64,000 nucleotides of DNA. It comes from Tubulanus polymorphus. Taxonomy: Eukaryota; Animalia; Nemertea. Location of the stretch: positions 18,438,560-18,502,559 of the forward strand of contig NC_134027.1 of NCBI RefSeq assembly GCF_964204645.1, given 5' to 3'. A model generated the notes under the pieces. The model ran no database searches. It saw nothing but the letters and a program-made list of their open reading frames with translations, and was not told where the DNA came from. The position numbers and the translations under genes are program-made. Position 1 is the stretch's first letter, and each line of letters starts with the position of its first letter. Of the stretch, positions 50,101-60,221 are shown piece after piece.

Positions 50101-52029
50101 ATAGATCATCAGGTGTCCAGAGTCCAATGCAAGCGCAATCTATCGGTAAAGAAGACGGAGGAAAAGATTCTGTAAGCAATTTACTGTTGACAAGTGGAAC
50201 CTTGTTAACACAATTCTGGTGACAAAACCAGTTTACTACGATTATTTCTGGAATGTCCCATTTAAGATATTTATGTGAATCAAGCTTTGGATGGTAGGGG
50301 CCATTAAGTACGCACACATGAAAATGGCTCAAAAGTAGAGGTCCTACCTTTGATGTACGAATTTGTTTTGTGCTCCTACGTATGTACGTGAAAAACTATA
50401 AGACCGTTAAGACTATACAACTATAAGACTATATAACTATAAGACTCCTAAACGTCAAACTTACATCTCTGCAACGTTTGTCAGTGAACAAATTTTTGAC
50501 ATGATTGCAGGAAGCAAAGGTAGAAAATCTATTCAAAATTTTTTCCACAATATACGTTAACAGACCCCGGTTTTACGCGGGAAATTTCTGTTACTGCGTA
50601 CTGTCAGTCAATAAAGTTTTACAATGATTTGATGTGTCATTGCTATTATTCTGTCACTGCTACAGTCAAACCTTGTTACGAGATCGTTTTCAATGAATAA
50701 ATTTCCTTTAATTCCGGTATTTCCTTTAATTTCCATCAGTTTTAACGAGATCGTTCACAACGAAATATAGGATAGAACGAAGTAAATTTTGTGTCCCAAT
50801 TTTATCGGTTACAACATAATTCCACGAGACCGTAATAGAAATATTGATCTATCAAACCCTTGTGTTTGATAGCACAGAGCGTTGCTTTATATACTGAACC
50901 TCCCGTAGTTACTGACAACGTAGCAACAATACATACACCTTATCCTTTCATATTTTCTATAACGGCGCCTCATAAACGCATGCATTTGAATAGGCCACTA
51001 AAGTCAAAATACTTCAAAAAGTTGACGAAGGAATGAAAAAAGTGGACGTATGTTTTAATTTGAAGGCTCGGAGCGGCTCATCAAACAGATAAACTCAAGC
51101 GAATTATTAGTCCAAATTAGTTTCTTTTTTGGTTTATTCAGCTTATGGTAGGAAAGGTGTGTTGGTCGTTTCAAAGCGTGTTCAGTGATACGTTGCACGA
51201 GATCATTTGAATGGTCCGGCATATAAGTTACGGTGCCTTAGAACTTTCCTTGAGTTGATAAGTTATAAAACGCTCATTTCGACTATATGAGCATATGTTT
51301 AGAAGCTACAATTTATTTTTTTCTCAAACCTTTACAACAAAAAATGCCCCCAAATACGGGATATTGACAAATTCAAGTTCTGGAATTTCTAGTTTGATGG
51401 CACTAGTCAGAACCGGAAATTAGAAGAACCTAAATCTGCCATGTTCTAGTTCATTTGCAATAAAAATCTCGCTTCAAGTTTTTAGTTAGCTATATTTTAC
51501 TTACTATATACATTGTCATGCGTAATCCTTTCAGTATGATATCCTGACAATGTGTTGAATTCGATATAACCTCACTTCAAACACTAGAGATCACTAAAAA
51601 TGCCATAAAATTACCAAAAAACACTAATTTAGCAATGACGCTCGAAGCAGCTAACAGAAGTAAAGACAGTTTACTCTTCTATTCAAGTTTCTCGTTTTGG
51701 CTGCATTTATTGTGGGATTTCTCTCGTTAACATCTTACACGGATATTGTGTACCTTTTTGTCTCATGGTGGATTTAATTTCCAGTTCAGACTAGCGCCAT
51801 CAAATGAGTAATTCCAGAACTTGAATTTGTCGATATCCTGTATATGTATGTTTATTCTAGGTTTAGTCTTAATTCCTTTAGATTTGATTCTACCATGATT
51901 TCTTTTCAGTATATCAAATATTTACGGCGTCAGGCTCGAGCTCTTATCACATTTGCTGGGATGTTGCCGTACAGAATGCCAGGAGATACAAATGCTAGAC
52001 TTGTGCAAATGGAAGTTTTAATGAACTGA
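2076..52029 (+). CDS. NUP93: Nuclear pore complex protein Nup93, multi-exon gene span (16 coding exons in window, 5' part outside window)
   Basis: Sixteen AG/GT-bounded exons join in frame (1890 nt = 629 aa + TGA). Peptides match remembered Nup93 motifs: [95 protein letters not shown] and C-terminal [33 protein letters not shown]. Confidence 0.97.
5564..6204. mobile_element. Tc1/mariner(pogo)-type MITE, TA TSD
   Basis: TA-CCGTATTTTCCGGTGTACAAGTCGA ... TCGACTTATACACCGGAAAATACGG-TA; repeated GTGTATAAGTCG subterminal motifs. Interrupts a repeat whose uninterrupted relative lies at ~29150-29460. Confidence 0.9.
6482..7741 (+). mobile_element. Helentron-associated non-autonomous element (HINE/DINE-1-like) family A, full copy
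   Basis: 5' TTAGCCCACTTG subTIR + GGGACTTTAGTCCC hairpin + (GTCC)n microsatellite + ~154-bp tandem cores + 3' CAAGTGGGC subTIR + GGTGTCCCTGGACCCC hairpin + TAGTT; inserted in T-rich site with no TSD. Confidence 0.88.
9154..9194 (-). ncRNA. Minimal type I hammerhead ribozyme (Penelope-like/retrozyme type)
   Basis: Minus strand reads CAC-CTGATGA-A-GCTTTTA-TTCAT-TAGAAGC-GAAA-GC-TC-GTG: intact core, 7-bp helix II, palindromic AGCT helix III, CAC/GTG helix I, AATAAA just downstream. Confidence 0.65.
9704..9843 (+). CDS. NUP93: NUP93 exon [12 protein letters not shown]...[11 protein letters not shown]
   Basis: T-tract + tAG acceptor, GTaatt donor; resembles human SISDMWTMVKQM...FVRQALAYLEQ; phase 0/2. 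Confidence 0.92.
10631..12469. mobile_element. hAT-like MITE with 5-bp TSD (CTGAC), interrupted by a HINE-A copy
   Basis: CTGAC|CAGGGGCGGA ... TCTGCCCCTG|CTGAC; many GGGCAC/GTGCCC subterminal motifs. Confidence 0.65.
10717..11929 (+). mobile_element. HINE family A, full copy
   Basis: Same subTIRs, (GTCC)n, four ~154-bp cores and 3' hairpin as 6482-7741. Confidence 0.88.
13573..14545 (+). mobile_element. HINE family B copy
   Basis: TTATGGACTT..CGC....GCGAAGTCCA 5' hairpin; 3' GAAAGTCCAT + AGAATTTCGTTTCT + AGTT; homologous to 33201-35654. Confidence 0.75.
15334..15466 (+). CDS. NUP93: NUP93 exon [44 protein letters not shown]
   Basis: tttcAG / GTaatt; conserved LGG.PGTY.LVR.FL motif. Confidence 0.96.
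15543..15694 (+). CDS. NUP93: NUP93 exon [25 protein letters not shown]...EEYINSDEN
   Basis: gaAG / GTgaat; conserved GHP.WA..YYC.RCGD motif; follows a 76-nt intron. Confidence 0.96.
16048..16081 (+). ncRNA. Minimal hammerhead ribozyme core (helix I not evident), Penelope-like remnant
   Basis: CTGACGA-T-GATCTC-TAGGGT-GAGATC-GAAA-CG-TC with palindromic ACGT; AATAAA follows; insert flanked by 12-bp direct repeat CTGTTCCAGTTA. Confidence 0.55.
16949..17199 (+). CDS. NUP93: NUP93 exon [29 protein letters not shown]...DYLWIKL...LLEEY
   Basis: tgtAG / GTaagt; conserved TDPYKRAVY and DYLW.KL motifs. Confidence 0.96.
17282..17473 (+). CDS. NUP93: NUP93 exon [30 protein letters not shown]...[10 protein letters not shown]...QGQL
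   Basis: catcAG / GTaagt; overlaps ORF 17314..17520; strong Nup93 motif match. Confidence 0.96.
18026..21997 (+). mobile_element. hAT-superfamily DNA transposon (hAT5-type), full-length but decayed
   Basis: TIRs CAGGGTTCGTAGC ... GCTATGAACCCTG (12/13), T-runs on both sides (compatible with 5-bp TTTTT TSD), (T/C)CTTGAA-type subterminal repeats at both ends, internal transposase relic. Confidence 0.85.
18646..21597 (+). pseudogene. hAT-type transposase pseudogene with two introns (18896-19171, 19936-20261)
   Basis: N-terminal Zn-finger-like CKIC...H....H; FDESLN, SMDGP, IGSCGLH, spliced FCCHR|WLEN and [13 protein letters not shown] motifs; several frameshifts and stops split the ORF. Confidence 0.85.
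23760..25510 (+). pseudogene. Decayed 3' part of an RNase H-containing non-LTR retrotransposon (I-group-like), split by a MITE
   Basis: [17 protein letters not shown]...[10 protein letters not shown] and, after removing the insert, [14 protein letters not shown] = RNase H motifs; boundaries approximate. Confidence 0.6.
23972..24812. mobile_element. Non-autonomous DNA transposon, ~34-bp TIRs, TA TSD
   Basis: TA-AAGTCTGTTCACAACGAGTTGACGTGCGGCTTTT ... AAAAGCCGCACGTCAACTCGTTGTGAATAGACTT-TA (1 mismatch); excision restores the host RNase H frame. Confidence 0.85.
25669..25795 (+). CDS. NUP93: NUP93 exon [41 protein letters not shown]
   Basis: ttacAG / GTtaat; near-identical to remembered vertebrate Nup93 segment. 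Confidence 0.96.
25883..25943 (+). CDS. NUP93: NUP93 exon [20 protein letters not shown]
   Basis: T-run + cAG / GTatgt; resembles F..CVSELVIESRE. Confidence 0.93.
26558..28107 (+). mobile_element. HINE family copy (AGGACGTTCGT subTIR)
   Basis: 5' TTAGGACGTTCGTTAGACGAACGTCCT hairpin; 3' ACGAACGTCCT...TAGTT. Confidence 0.7.
28861..30538. mobile_element. Long-TIR MITE family C, copy with internal insertions
   Basis: TA-CGGGATATCGACAAATTCAAG ... CTTGAATTTGTTGATTTCCCG-TA; arms homologous to 44010-44826. Confidence 0.75.
32319..32363 (+). CDS. NUP93: NUP93 45-nt exon [15 protein letters not shown]
   Basis: ttgacAG / GTaata; resembles human FDMILGKLENDGSRK; phase 0/0. Confidence 0.93.
33201..35654 (+). 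mobile_element. HINE family B copy containing a piggyBac relic and a nested HINE
   Basis: Same termini as 13573-14545 (ATGGACTTTCGC...GAAAGTCCAT, AAGAATTTCATTTTCTT, GTT). Confidence 0.72.
34429..35337 (+). mobile_element. HINE family D nested in HINE-B
   Basis: TTAGGCCAGCC ... GGCTGGCC + GCCCCTTGGGGC hairpin + TTGTT; empty site visible at ~14240-14255; partial relative at ~48585-49030. Confidence 0.75.
36001..38920 (-). pseudogene. LINE ORF2 (APE endonuclease + reverse transcriptase), one break near 38135-38200
   Basis: APE motifs CNIRSL, ISETW, GGGVALY, YRPP, GDFN, IDHIF (38177..38920). RT motifs [31 protein letters not shown] (36001..38133). Confidence 0.9.
39567..40672 (-). pseudogene. 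LINE ORF1 (coiled coil + RRM-like domain), frameshifted
   Basis: Coiled-coil-like ORF 39929..40672; alternate frame gives [14 protein letters not shown], then AHRV...ILVRF...IREDL...WT..GKV, typical of this ORF1 class. Confidence 0.8.
41356..41472 (+). CDS. NUP93: NUP93 exon [39 protein letters not shown]
   Basis: ttccAG / GTaagt; KG.FEEA.KLYDLA motif. Confidence 0.95.
41554..41672 (+). CDS. NUP93: NUP93 exon [16 protein letters not shown]...[13 protein letters not shown]
   Basis: cttAG / GTgagt; [11 protein letters not shown] motif. Confidence 0.95.
41976..42625. mobile_element. Tc1/mariner (pogo/Tigger-like) MITE, TA TSD
   Basis: TA-CAGTAGACCTC ... GAGTTGACTG-TA with TCCGAG subterminal repeats; the empty site is seen in the sister repeat at ~26280-26340. 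Confidence 0.7.
43424..45003 (+). mobile_element. HINE (ATCTCGGGC subTIR) nested in HINE-A
   Basis: TTTATCTCGGGC...CCCGAGAT 5' hairpin; 3' GCCCGAGAT + AGATCCATGGATCT + TTGTT; inserted in the T-run of a HINE-A core. Confidence 0.75.
44010..44826. mobile_element. Long-TIR MITE family C, intact copy, TA TSD
   Basis: TA-CGGGATATCGGCAAATTCAAGTTC ... GAACTTGAATTTGTCGATATCCCG-TA; inverted arms >200 bp (mirror ORFs 43923..44129 - and 44611..44847 +). Confidence 0.88.
46157..47690 (+). mobile_element. BEL/Pao LTR retrotransposon relic (putative short 5' LTR, PBS, decayed gag)
   Basis: TG..CA at 46157-46321; PBS TGGTGCCGTGACCAGGAT (46322-46339, tRNA-His-like); gag DUF1759-type [24 protein letters not shown]...KFNY...LEG.A...VKGI. 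Confidence 0.78.
47845..47962 (+). CDS. NUP93: NUP93 exon [39 protein letters not shown]
   Basis: ttacAG / GTaagt; [17 protein letters not shown] motif. Confidence 0.95.
49321..49404 (+). CDS. NUP93: NUP93 exon [28 protein letters not shown]
   Basis: tttcAG / GTatga; resembles LKLVPL...VEERVAAFRNFSDE. Confidence 0.93.
49520..49590 (+). CDS. NUP93: NUP93 exon [23 protein letters not shown]
   Basis: cgtAG / GTcagt; [10 protein letters not shown] motif. Confidence 0.94.
50105..50171 (+). CDS. NUP93: NUP93 exon [22 protein letters not shown] (poorly conserved linker)
   Basis: Pyrimidine tract + catAG / GTaagc; phase 2/0 exactly bridges the neighbouring exons; position matches the variable linker before the C-terminal helix. 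Confidence 0.8.
51357..51840. mobile_element. Long-TIR MITE family C, internally deleted copy
   Basis: TA-CGGGATATTGACAAATTC ... GAATTTGTCGATATCCTG-TA. Confidence 0.8.
51910..52029 (+). CDS. NUP93: NUP93 last coding exon [39 protein letters not shown]
   Basis: tttcAG acceptor; diagnostic Nup93 C-terminus; TGA at 52027-52029. Confidence 0.97.
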   Translation, partial: YIKYLRRQARALITFAGMLPYRMPGDTNARLVQMEVLMN

Positions 52030-52566
52030 ACTTGAAGCAATTCTTACAGGAACTCTTAGAATATAAATGTTATCTATGTACCAGTACGTTCTACTTGATA
52101 AGATTTCCGATAATCTGCCAGTCTCGATAATCGATGATGCATTTATTATGTAATTCTTTGATAAATAGAATATAATCTCAGTGGAAATTTCATATCATTC
52201 AGTGTATTCATATTATCAAATCAATTCACCATCTTCACATAAGATGAAGGAATGATTGTTCAACTCAAACTATTTTCTACCAAAATTCCGTTCGAACCCC
52301 TCTTAACTGAAATGTCTGAATGACCTCCCGGCAATAAACACAAGTGTCACTAGAACACGGCCGTTTGAGAAAATTCATTCCCTGTGCATTCCGTAAGAAA
52401 ATCGATTCTCGCATATTTTCATGCAGCCAGGACTCTACATCAAATCGGTCAATAGACCATCGCATCATCACAATCTCCAGCATGGCTGGTCCAAAATCCC
52501 GAAAATTAGCAGTCCGTTGCCCGTATATGTGTTAATCGATTTTCTCATTGAATGTTAGTATGTGGT

Positions 52567-53175
52567 AAGTTTTCGAGGGAAATTTTGAAGACGCTTTGAT
52601 CAATTACCTTGATCTTTGATTTATATTTGAATCTACCAAGGGCCCATCAGCATAAGAAAAATTGGGTCGATCTGACTCAAGATGGCCGTCCTATGACCTT
52701 TTTAGTGCCCAAAAATGTATATTTTGGCCAGAATTCTAGGTCCTGTAGCTTCCTACTCATTGCAATTTGTGATGGGTATTCTTTGGAAAGGGATGTTTTA
52801 TTCCTGAGACAGGTATTTTTGATCAGCCAATTATGACACAATTGGCGGCCATCTTGGTGTCATCAGTACTCATTCGTAGGTGGGAAAAAGTTTTTCCACA
52901 TTACATTCATACCTAAGCATATTGTGTTACTATATTCAATTGGAAAGTTGTAGCCCATAACGTGTTCTATGATTTTGGTCAGTTTCAAGGTCATTGGTTG
53001 TTGTATGTGGTCACCAGGGGGCGTTGAATAATACAATAACTTAGTAGTTCTATATTATATTTGTACCTATGCATATTTTGTTACCACAATCAATTGCAAA
53101 GTTGTAGCTCATGACATCTTCCATGATTTTGGTGAGTTTTAAGGACATTAGTTATTCCAGATAGTCACCAGGGGG
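52567..53175 (+). mobile_element. HINE family A fragment
   Basis: Body plus two core units, truncated at both ends. Confidence 0.78.
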
Positions 53176-54248
53176 TCAAGCGCAAAACGACCCCCTAGAA
53201 AGTCAGAATACTCACAATTTGGTGTTACATTGTCGATATTCATAAATAAAGACTCTGTAGATTACTATATCCATCATTAAAACCTTTATTATGCTTCTTA
53301 TTACAATCTAAATGTTTGAATATTCATTAAAATCCAAAAATATCGAATTTACGGGCCGTTTTTGAGGTCAAAATATCAAAATTAGAAATTACTTCCGGGA
53401 TCGGATTCTCGAGTATCGGCAGTGCCGTGCGCTAAGAACTACGTCTCAACGCGCTGCGAGGTGCTTGTGACATATAAACAAACTTTGAATGCGAGATAGG
53501 TTGTCGACTACAATCGCCTACGGCAGTTCCCCAGTGTGTCGACTACAGTCGCCTACAGCAAGTTAAGGGTTAATAGATGGACACTGGCAAAATATCCTTT
53601 AGTACCAATACAAAATAGGCAAATTGTATATGATTAGGGTTTCCGCCGCTTCGCAGAAACCCTGTTGTAATTCTCGTGATTATTACCTTTTCCACTTTCC
53701 AGACAAAATTTTTTCATAAAATGTAACTCCTCTCAGATTCGACTACTAGCAGCTTATAAACGCAATTTTCAATTCTGACAGAGGCGTCCGACCTTTTCGA
53801 ACTTACGTATAGTAATTTATCATGAATTAATCGTGTGTAAAATTTCATAATCGGTAAACGCATAATAAGGGACCGTTCTATGGCATGGAAATACTGTCAA
53901 AATTAAAATAGCATTTTTGACGCGTCAAATTCACTTTATTCAAAATGTTATCTCATTCCATAATGCATTTAATAAAGATCTATATGGTCCAGATGGTTTG
54001 GGTTAAGGTTAGGTTGAGGGCCATGTGTAGGTAAAACATTCCAACTGTATTTGGCTGCCTCAGTGGTCTAGCAGTGTCACTGTGCTAGCGCTTGCAAGCC
54101 TGAGTTTGAATACTGTTCTTTTTTGTGTTGTATTTTTTCTACAGATTTTTTGAGTCGAGGGATTAGTGTGGGATTTTAATCAGAGCAAATTACTATGGGC
54201 AAAATAGTGCCCATATATAACAGGAATAATGCCCCGTCTGTGATCCTG

Positions 54249-54386
54249 GGGCCAGTTGCACAGTTGTGACTTAAGTCCATAATTGGTCTTAATTATTAAG
54301 ACTGGTCTTAAGTTGTTAGATTGGCTATAGAACGAAGTTGGTCTTAGACTGGTCTTAAGTCTAAGCCATGACTATGCAACTGGCCC
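54249..54386. mobile_element. PIF/Harbinger-type MITE, CTG TSD
   Basis: CTG-GGGCCAGTTGCA ... TGCAACTGGCCC-CTG; internal GGTCTTA repeats. Confidence 0.82.
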
Positions 54387-54414
54387 CTGTACCCGAAAAC
54401 TGTCCTGATCAGAA

Positions 54415-55090
54415 TCCAGGAAGAAAGTCACTAAATATTTGGATGGATATATGAAAGCTGTGGGTACTGGAGTGTGTAATGGGTAGTGTAGTGTGATCTG
54501 TGTGCATTTGTGGCCAGCACACAGATCACATTGTTCATTGGGGTTTAGTCCAGGACTCGCGAGATTTTCAACAACACGGAAGTAACGTGTAATAAATGAT
54601 GACTTGAATTGCATGACTACCTACCACCCCTCATTATTGTTGGAAAAGTAAACGTTCCGCACTGACTAAAAATTAGTAATAATAATTAATAACATTTTAG
54701 AAATGGCCAGAATTTTAACTTAGGTTCTATCTCATTTTTATTTTACAATTGCGATTGGTATAAATTTTTTTTAAACGGCCGTTAAGGCTTCATGTTTCGT
54801 CTGCAATTCACTGCAAATCGTTACGCAACTACGCACATTTCAGTGTTTTTGGCAGCTGTACACTCAATCGGCACCGTTCGTGACAAGCTTCACTGCGGAA
54901 TTATCATTAATTAACATCGCCATATCACATCATCAACTTATATTGTGCCTTAATACCCTAACAGCCGAAATAATTGAAATGCACACACGATTTCTATCAT
55001 TGAAAATTGAGAGAGTGGCCGTGTTTGTGTTCTGCTGCTTCGCGTAAATCCCGCGCGGTGGCGCAACCGCGTGGAGTGCGGCCGATACGC
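54415..55090 (+). repeat. Interspersed repeat, inverted copy of 895-1560 (probably part of a HINE starting ~53633)
   Basis: Reverse-complement match to 895-1560; upstream 5' hairpin ATTAGGGTTTCCG...GCAGAAACCCT at ~53633-53663. Confidence 0.8.
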
Positions 55091-55118
55091 CAAGATCGCC
55101 GACTGCCGAAATCAATTT

Positions 55119-56380
55119 TTAGCCCACTTGGGACTTTAGTCCCAGCGGGCTATTGCGTTCACTTTTCGTCCATCGTCCGTCCTTCCGTCCGTAGACGGAA
55201 TCCATTTATTTTGGGAAGTTTAGAAGACGCTTCAATGTAATGTCTTGATATTTGGGTTACACATGTATCTACCCTAGATACATCTTCAGCCCAAAAACTG
55301 GCCCTGTCAGAATCAAGATGGCCGACTGGCAGCCATTGTTGATCGGCAAAATCAGCACTATTTACACGTTTTTGAACTTTTGAAATTTTGAAGACGCTTT
55401 AATCAATTACCTTGATCTTTCGTATATACTTGAATCCCCCAAGGGCCTATCAGCATAACAAAAATTGGGTCGATCGGACTCAAGATGGCCATCCTATGAC
55501 CTTTTTAGTGCCCAAAAATGTCAATTTTGGCCCGAATTCTGAGTCCTGTAGCTTCCTACTGGTCTGCCATTTCTCATTGCAATTGCTGATGGGTATTCTT
55601 TGGAAAGGGATGTTTTATACCTGGGATAGGTATTTTTGATCGGCCAATTATGACGCAATTGGCGGCCATCTTGGTGTCATCAGTACTCATTCGTAGGTGG
55701 GAAAAAGTTTTCCGACATTATATTGATATCTAAGCATATTTTGTTACAACAATGAATTAGAAAGTTGTAGCTTATAACGTGTTCTATGATTGTGGTGAGT
55801 TTCGAGGTCATTGGTTTTTGTATATTGCCACCAGGGGGCGTTGAATAATACAATATCTTAGTATTTCTTTATTATATTTGTACCAATGCATATTTTGTTA
55901 GCACATTCAATTGCAAAGTTGTAGCTTATGACATCGTCTATGATTGTGGTGAGTTTCAAGGACATTAGTTATTCTATATGGCCACTAGGGGGCGTTGAAT
56001 AATAGAATAACCTAGTATTTCCTTATTATATTGGTACCTAGGCATATTTTGTTACCATGACCAATTGCAAAGTTTTAGCTCTTGACATGTTCAATGATTG
56101 TGGTGAGTTTCAAGGACATTGGGTTTTTTAATATGGTCACCAGGGGGCGTTGAATAGTAGAATAACTTAGTATTTCCATATTAAATTGGTAACGAGGTAT
56201 ATTTTGTTATCACAATAAATTACAAAATCGTAGCTGCTGACATGTTCTATCATTGTGGTTAGTTTCAAGGTCATTGGTTTTGTATATGGTCACCAGGGGG
56301 CGTTGAATATTGAAATTGTTAGATTGTTGTGCATTTGAATCCACTTCCCAGGTGGGCATGGTGTCCCTGGACCCCTAGTT
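55119..56380 (+). mobile_element. HINE family A, full copy
   Basis: Complete termini, (GTCC)n and four ~154-bp cores. Confidence 0.88.
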
Positions 56381-57899
56381 ACACATTATTTTTTAACTTT
56401 CAAGGGAAACTTTGAAGCCATGCTTTGATCAATCAATCATTCTTATATTTGTATCTACCAAGTGCCCATCAGCCTATGAAATGGTTCTGTCGGACACAAG
56501 TTGGCTGTGTGTTACCTTTTTTGTTCCTAAGACGGTCGACTGATTTTGGCTTAACCTTTTTGCTCTACACGAACCTTGCCAGACACTTAAGTTTGTGGTG
56601 TAATTCATGCTTGAATTCAGAGACCTTCATCCATTCCTTGCAAGGGTTTGATTGCCTGAGGGGGGGGGGGGGTCAGAACAACGGGAGACGGGAGGTACGT
56701 AATTTGTGAACGCTCCCATACGCGGAGAAAATAGGCCGCCAAAATATTTCCTCGATCAACGATTTTTTTCACTTTCACGTGTGGAACCGGAGCCAGTTTA
56801 CCTCCATAATCATGGTCGGGCCTAGCCAACCATTGATTGCTTCCGATGATCACAGGTGAGTCGACATGTATCACATTTACATTTACACGTTTGACATGTA
56901 CATGTTACAAGATAAAACCACCACTTTACTTCACCAAGAATCTTAGTGTCTGATGTACCACAGACACTTAGACACGAACGACATTTTCTCAATACTCTTA
57001 AATCACTGTGACTTTAAACCACCAGAAATCCAGTTTCACCAAACCGATTGTGAAAAATAAACTCTCTTTACAAACCTCAAACATTCAGTTTTCTTATTAT
57101 TATGTTGATTCGGAGGTTCCTTCATCATAGTCCGTGCTTGATGCGATATAAATAGGGCCTACAGAAATAGCAAAAATGACACCATTTTTTTACTTTGAAA
57201 CTAGGCATTGTAACACTGTAGTTCGTTAGCAACAAGACACTTGAGCGATGCGTGTCTCATCGCTAAACAGCGCATCATTTTTGTATCTTAAATTTAATCG
57301 TACTAAGATCAGATTTATCGTCAAAATGATATAATGAACTAACGTAGGACATCATAAGGTTAGTGTAGATAGTTTATTCATCAAAATCGGTTGTTTATTT
57401 GCTGAGATATCGCAGTTTGAACACGGACAAAAAAGCCGACCAAATTCTGGTCGGCAACTGTACAGCGAATTTGAATGCACGCGTCTGGGTGGTTGGTTAC
57501 ACTAGGATCGTAAGAGCGACGGAGATCAATGGTGGAGACAACCACTGCCAGTGCTGGGTTACAGGATAAACATCACAGGATAAAAATCACTCGCAGTGAA
57601 AAGACTGCAATTTTTGCTTATTTCGAGTTGGGGCTAACCTTTTGTCGGAAGATTTAAAGGGACGCTAGTTAAAGATGATAAAGCGTGTTTGAAATCAATG
57701 AAAGCATTTTATTTTAGAGCATTTTATTTAAGCCATTGCAATATATCGGCAGTGGAGCTGCCACTAAAAATGATGATAATGTATGTAACACAATCTATCG
57801 TTAAAAACAAAACTCTTTAAGTGCCTTTCTCAAGTATAACCATCATAAATTTCAAAGAAAAATGGCCAACAATTTGGGAGGAACAGGTCTTGGAGTTCC

Positions 57900-58245
57900 A
57901 GGCAAAAATCACGTTTTTACATCACATGACAGCTATCTTGCGTCCGATCGACACGATTTTTGTTATGCTGGTGCACCAAGGAAGATATATGACAAAGATC
58001 AAGATAAGTGATCAAAGCATTCTTAAGGTTTCCCTTGAAAATTTCAAAATTGTGTAAAAGGTGCTGATTTTGACGAACAACTATGGCTGCCAGGCGGCCA
58101 TCTTGATTCTGATCGGGCAAGTTTTTGGACAGATACATGTCTAGACCAACTGGATTCTGTCAACAGATGACCGGAGGGCCAGACGTATGAAAAGTGAATG
58201 CAAATAACCCGCTGGGACTAATCTGGCTAAAAAGTGGGCTAAAAA
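57900..58245 (-). mobile_element. HINE family A diverged 5' fragment, reverse orientation
   Basis: ...CCCGCTGGGACTAA...AAGTGGGCTAAAAA is the reverse complement of the family A start; ORF 57917..58138(-) echoes family A text ([16 protein letters not shown]). Confidence 0.72.
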
Positions 58246-59498
58246 TGAAACACATACATGATCTTACAGTAGGACCTGAAACCAATTCAGAACAAAGAGG
58301 TAATTTATTAAAATTTGATGTATTTACAATTATTCAGATTATTACACAGTCACATTGTTGAGTTATTACGGGTAGGCTTATTACAACAAAATGCAATTGT
58401 TTCATTAAAATCAATTATGAAATTATTCAAAGGAACTCAGATGGGACAAAGTTTATGATCAGTAGACTATTCTTAAAAATCGAATAAATTGGGACCAGTT
58501 TTTATTGAGTTGAACAATAGAATGTAATTCACATTCGAGTTAAGTGCAGTCTACTGTATTTATGGATGTAACAAGGTTCCACTGAACAACATCCATACAT
58601 TGTTTAAAACATTAATTCATAATATATATTTTTCAAACACATACATTTTAATGGTCCTCCAATTTCAACCATTAATTCAATAATCTAGTTTTCAAATTGG
58701 AAATCCTTAAAAAAATAAATACACAAAAACCTACCGTTCAATACTATGGGGAACATTTTTTTAGTCACAAGCAACAATAAAAAACATGTCTTTTTACAAA
58801 TACTCGCTCTAAAAGTGTCTCACTTCATGTTTAAGGTATGTACTGACCATTTAACAGGGTTCATAGGGCTTCTACTTGGAATTCTATTTTCATATCATGT
58901 GCCGAGATTATAAATAACAAACTCATAATTTGAAAAAAGCCATACATTCGTTAAGAAATTATCTACAAGCTATAACGCCTAACCGTGTCACACCAAAAAT
59001 AATGATTCATTATATGTCCATTATCTTGATTGGGTCCACCTATGCAGGTATCGATTAACTGAAGTATGGTACTCACCCTCTCAGAAAATCAATTGACTAA
59101 CATTTTATTTGAGAATAAATTGCAATTTTTACTTGACTCAAGGACACAAATATTTTATCAACTTCCATTGAAAGCCACATCGTTGAGACTTCATTCATCC
59201 ATCGAATGACGATTATGTGAGGTGTACTGACAGCTGATTTGATACCTGCCCTATCTGCTATAAATTTGGCTACTATGAAAAAAAGATTTTCTGTCACCAT
59301 ATGCATAGCATCTGCCTATAACCTGCTCCAGTTTGAAAATCATATTACATGTACATAAAGACATCACTTAGACATTTAAAAAAAACATTAGATGAATCTA
59401 TGAACACCAGGGAAATGCTACTTTCTGGAGCTGGACTTTTTTGTGCAACATTTATGAGATGATATGATTCTGTGAGACAATTCAATTAGCTACCAATA

Positions 59499-60221
59499 CA
59501 GGATATGGACAAATTCAGGCTCTGGAATTTCTCATTTGATGGCGCTAGTCCACACTGGAACCTAAATCTGCCATGTTCTAGTTCATTTGCAATAAAAATA
59601 TTGCGCTTCAAGTTTTTAGCAAGCGTTATTTTACATCCTGACAATGTTTTGGATTCGATAAAATCTCACTTCAAACGCTAGAGATATCACTAACAATGTC
59701 AAAAAGTTATCACAAATTTAGCAATGACGCTCGAAGCAGCTGACGAAATAAAGACTGGTGCCCCATGTCATCACTTTGTTGTCGAGTGCATGACTCGAAG
59801 GCTACACTGATAAATATGAAATAAAATAGATTTTAGAAGTACTGCAATCAAAGATCCATAATAAGAATATGAAAAGTACCAGGATTCGAACTGACATTCA
59901 AAGTGCTGCCCATGTGATGATACCCAGCAACTAGTCTTTATATCATCAGCGGTCTCAAAATGTTTTTTGGTGACTTTAGTATATCTATAGTGATTTCTAG
60001 CCTTTGGAATGAGGTTTTATCGTATCCAACATAACGTGAGGATATCATATTTAAAGGATTAATCATGACGATACATAGTAAGTAAAAAATGCTCATTAAA
60101 AGCTTAAAGCGAGAGATCTTTATTGCCAATGAACTAAAATGGCGGATTGAGGTTCCAATGTCCGGTTCTGACTAGCGCCATCAAATGAGTAATTCCAGAA
60201 CTTGAATTTGTCGATATCCCG
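59499..60221. mobile_element. Long-TIR MITE family C copy
   Basis: TA-CAGGATATGGACAAATTC ... GAATTTGTCGATATCCCG-TA. Confidence 0.8.

Noticed and set aside
50395-50450. (ACTATAAG)-like short tandem repeat
   Set aside because: Short degenerate minisatellite with no further structure.
52030-52340. NUP93 polyadenylation signal
   Set aside because: The first canonical AATAAA (52333) falls in what appears to be repeat-derived sequence, and the earlier variants are ambiguous, so no site can be called.
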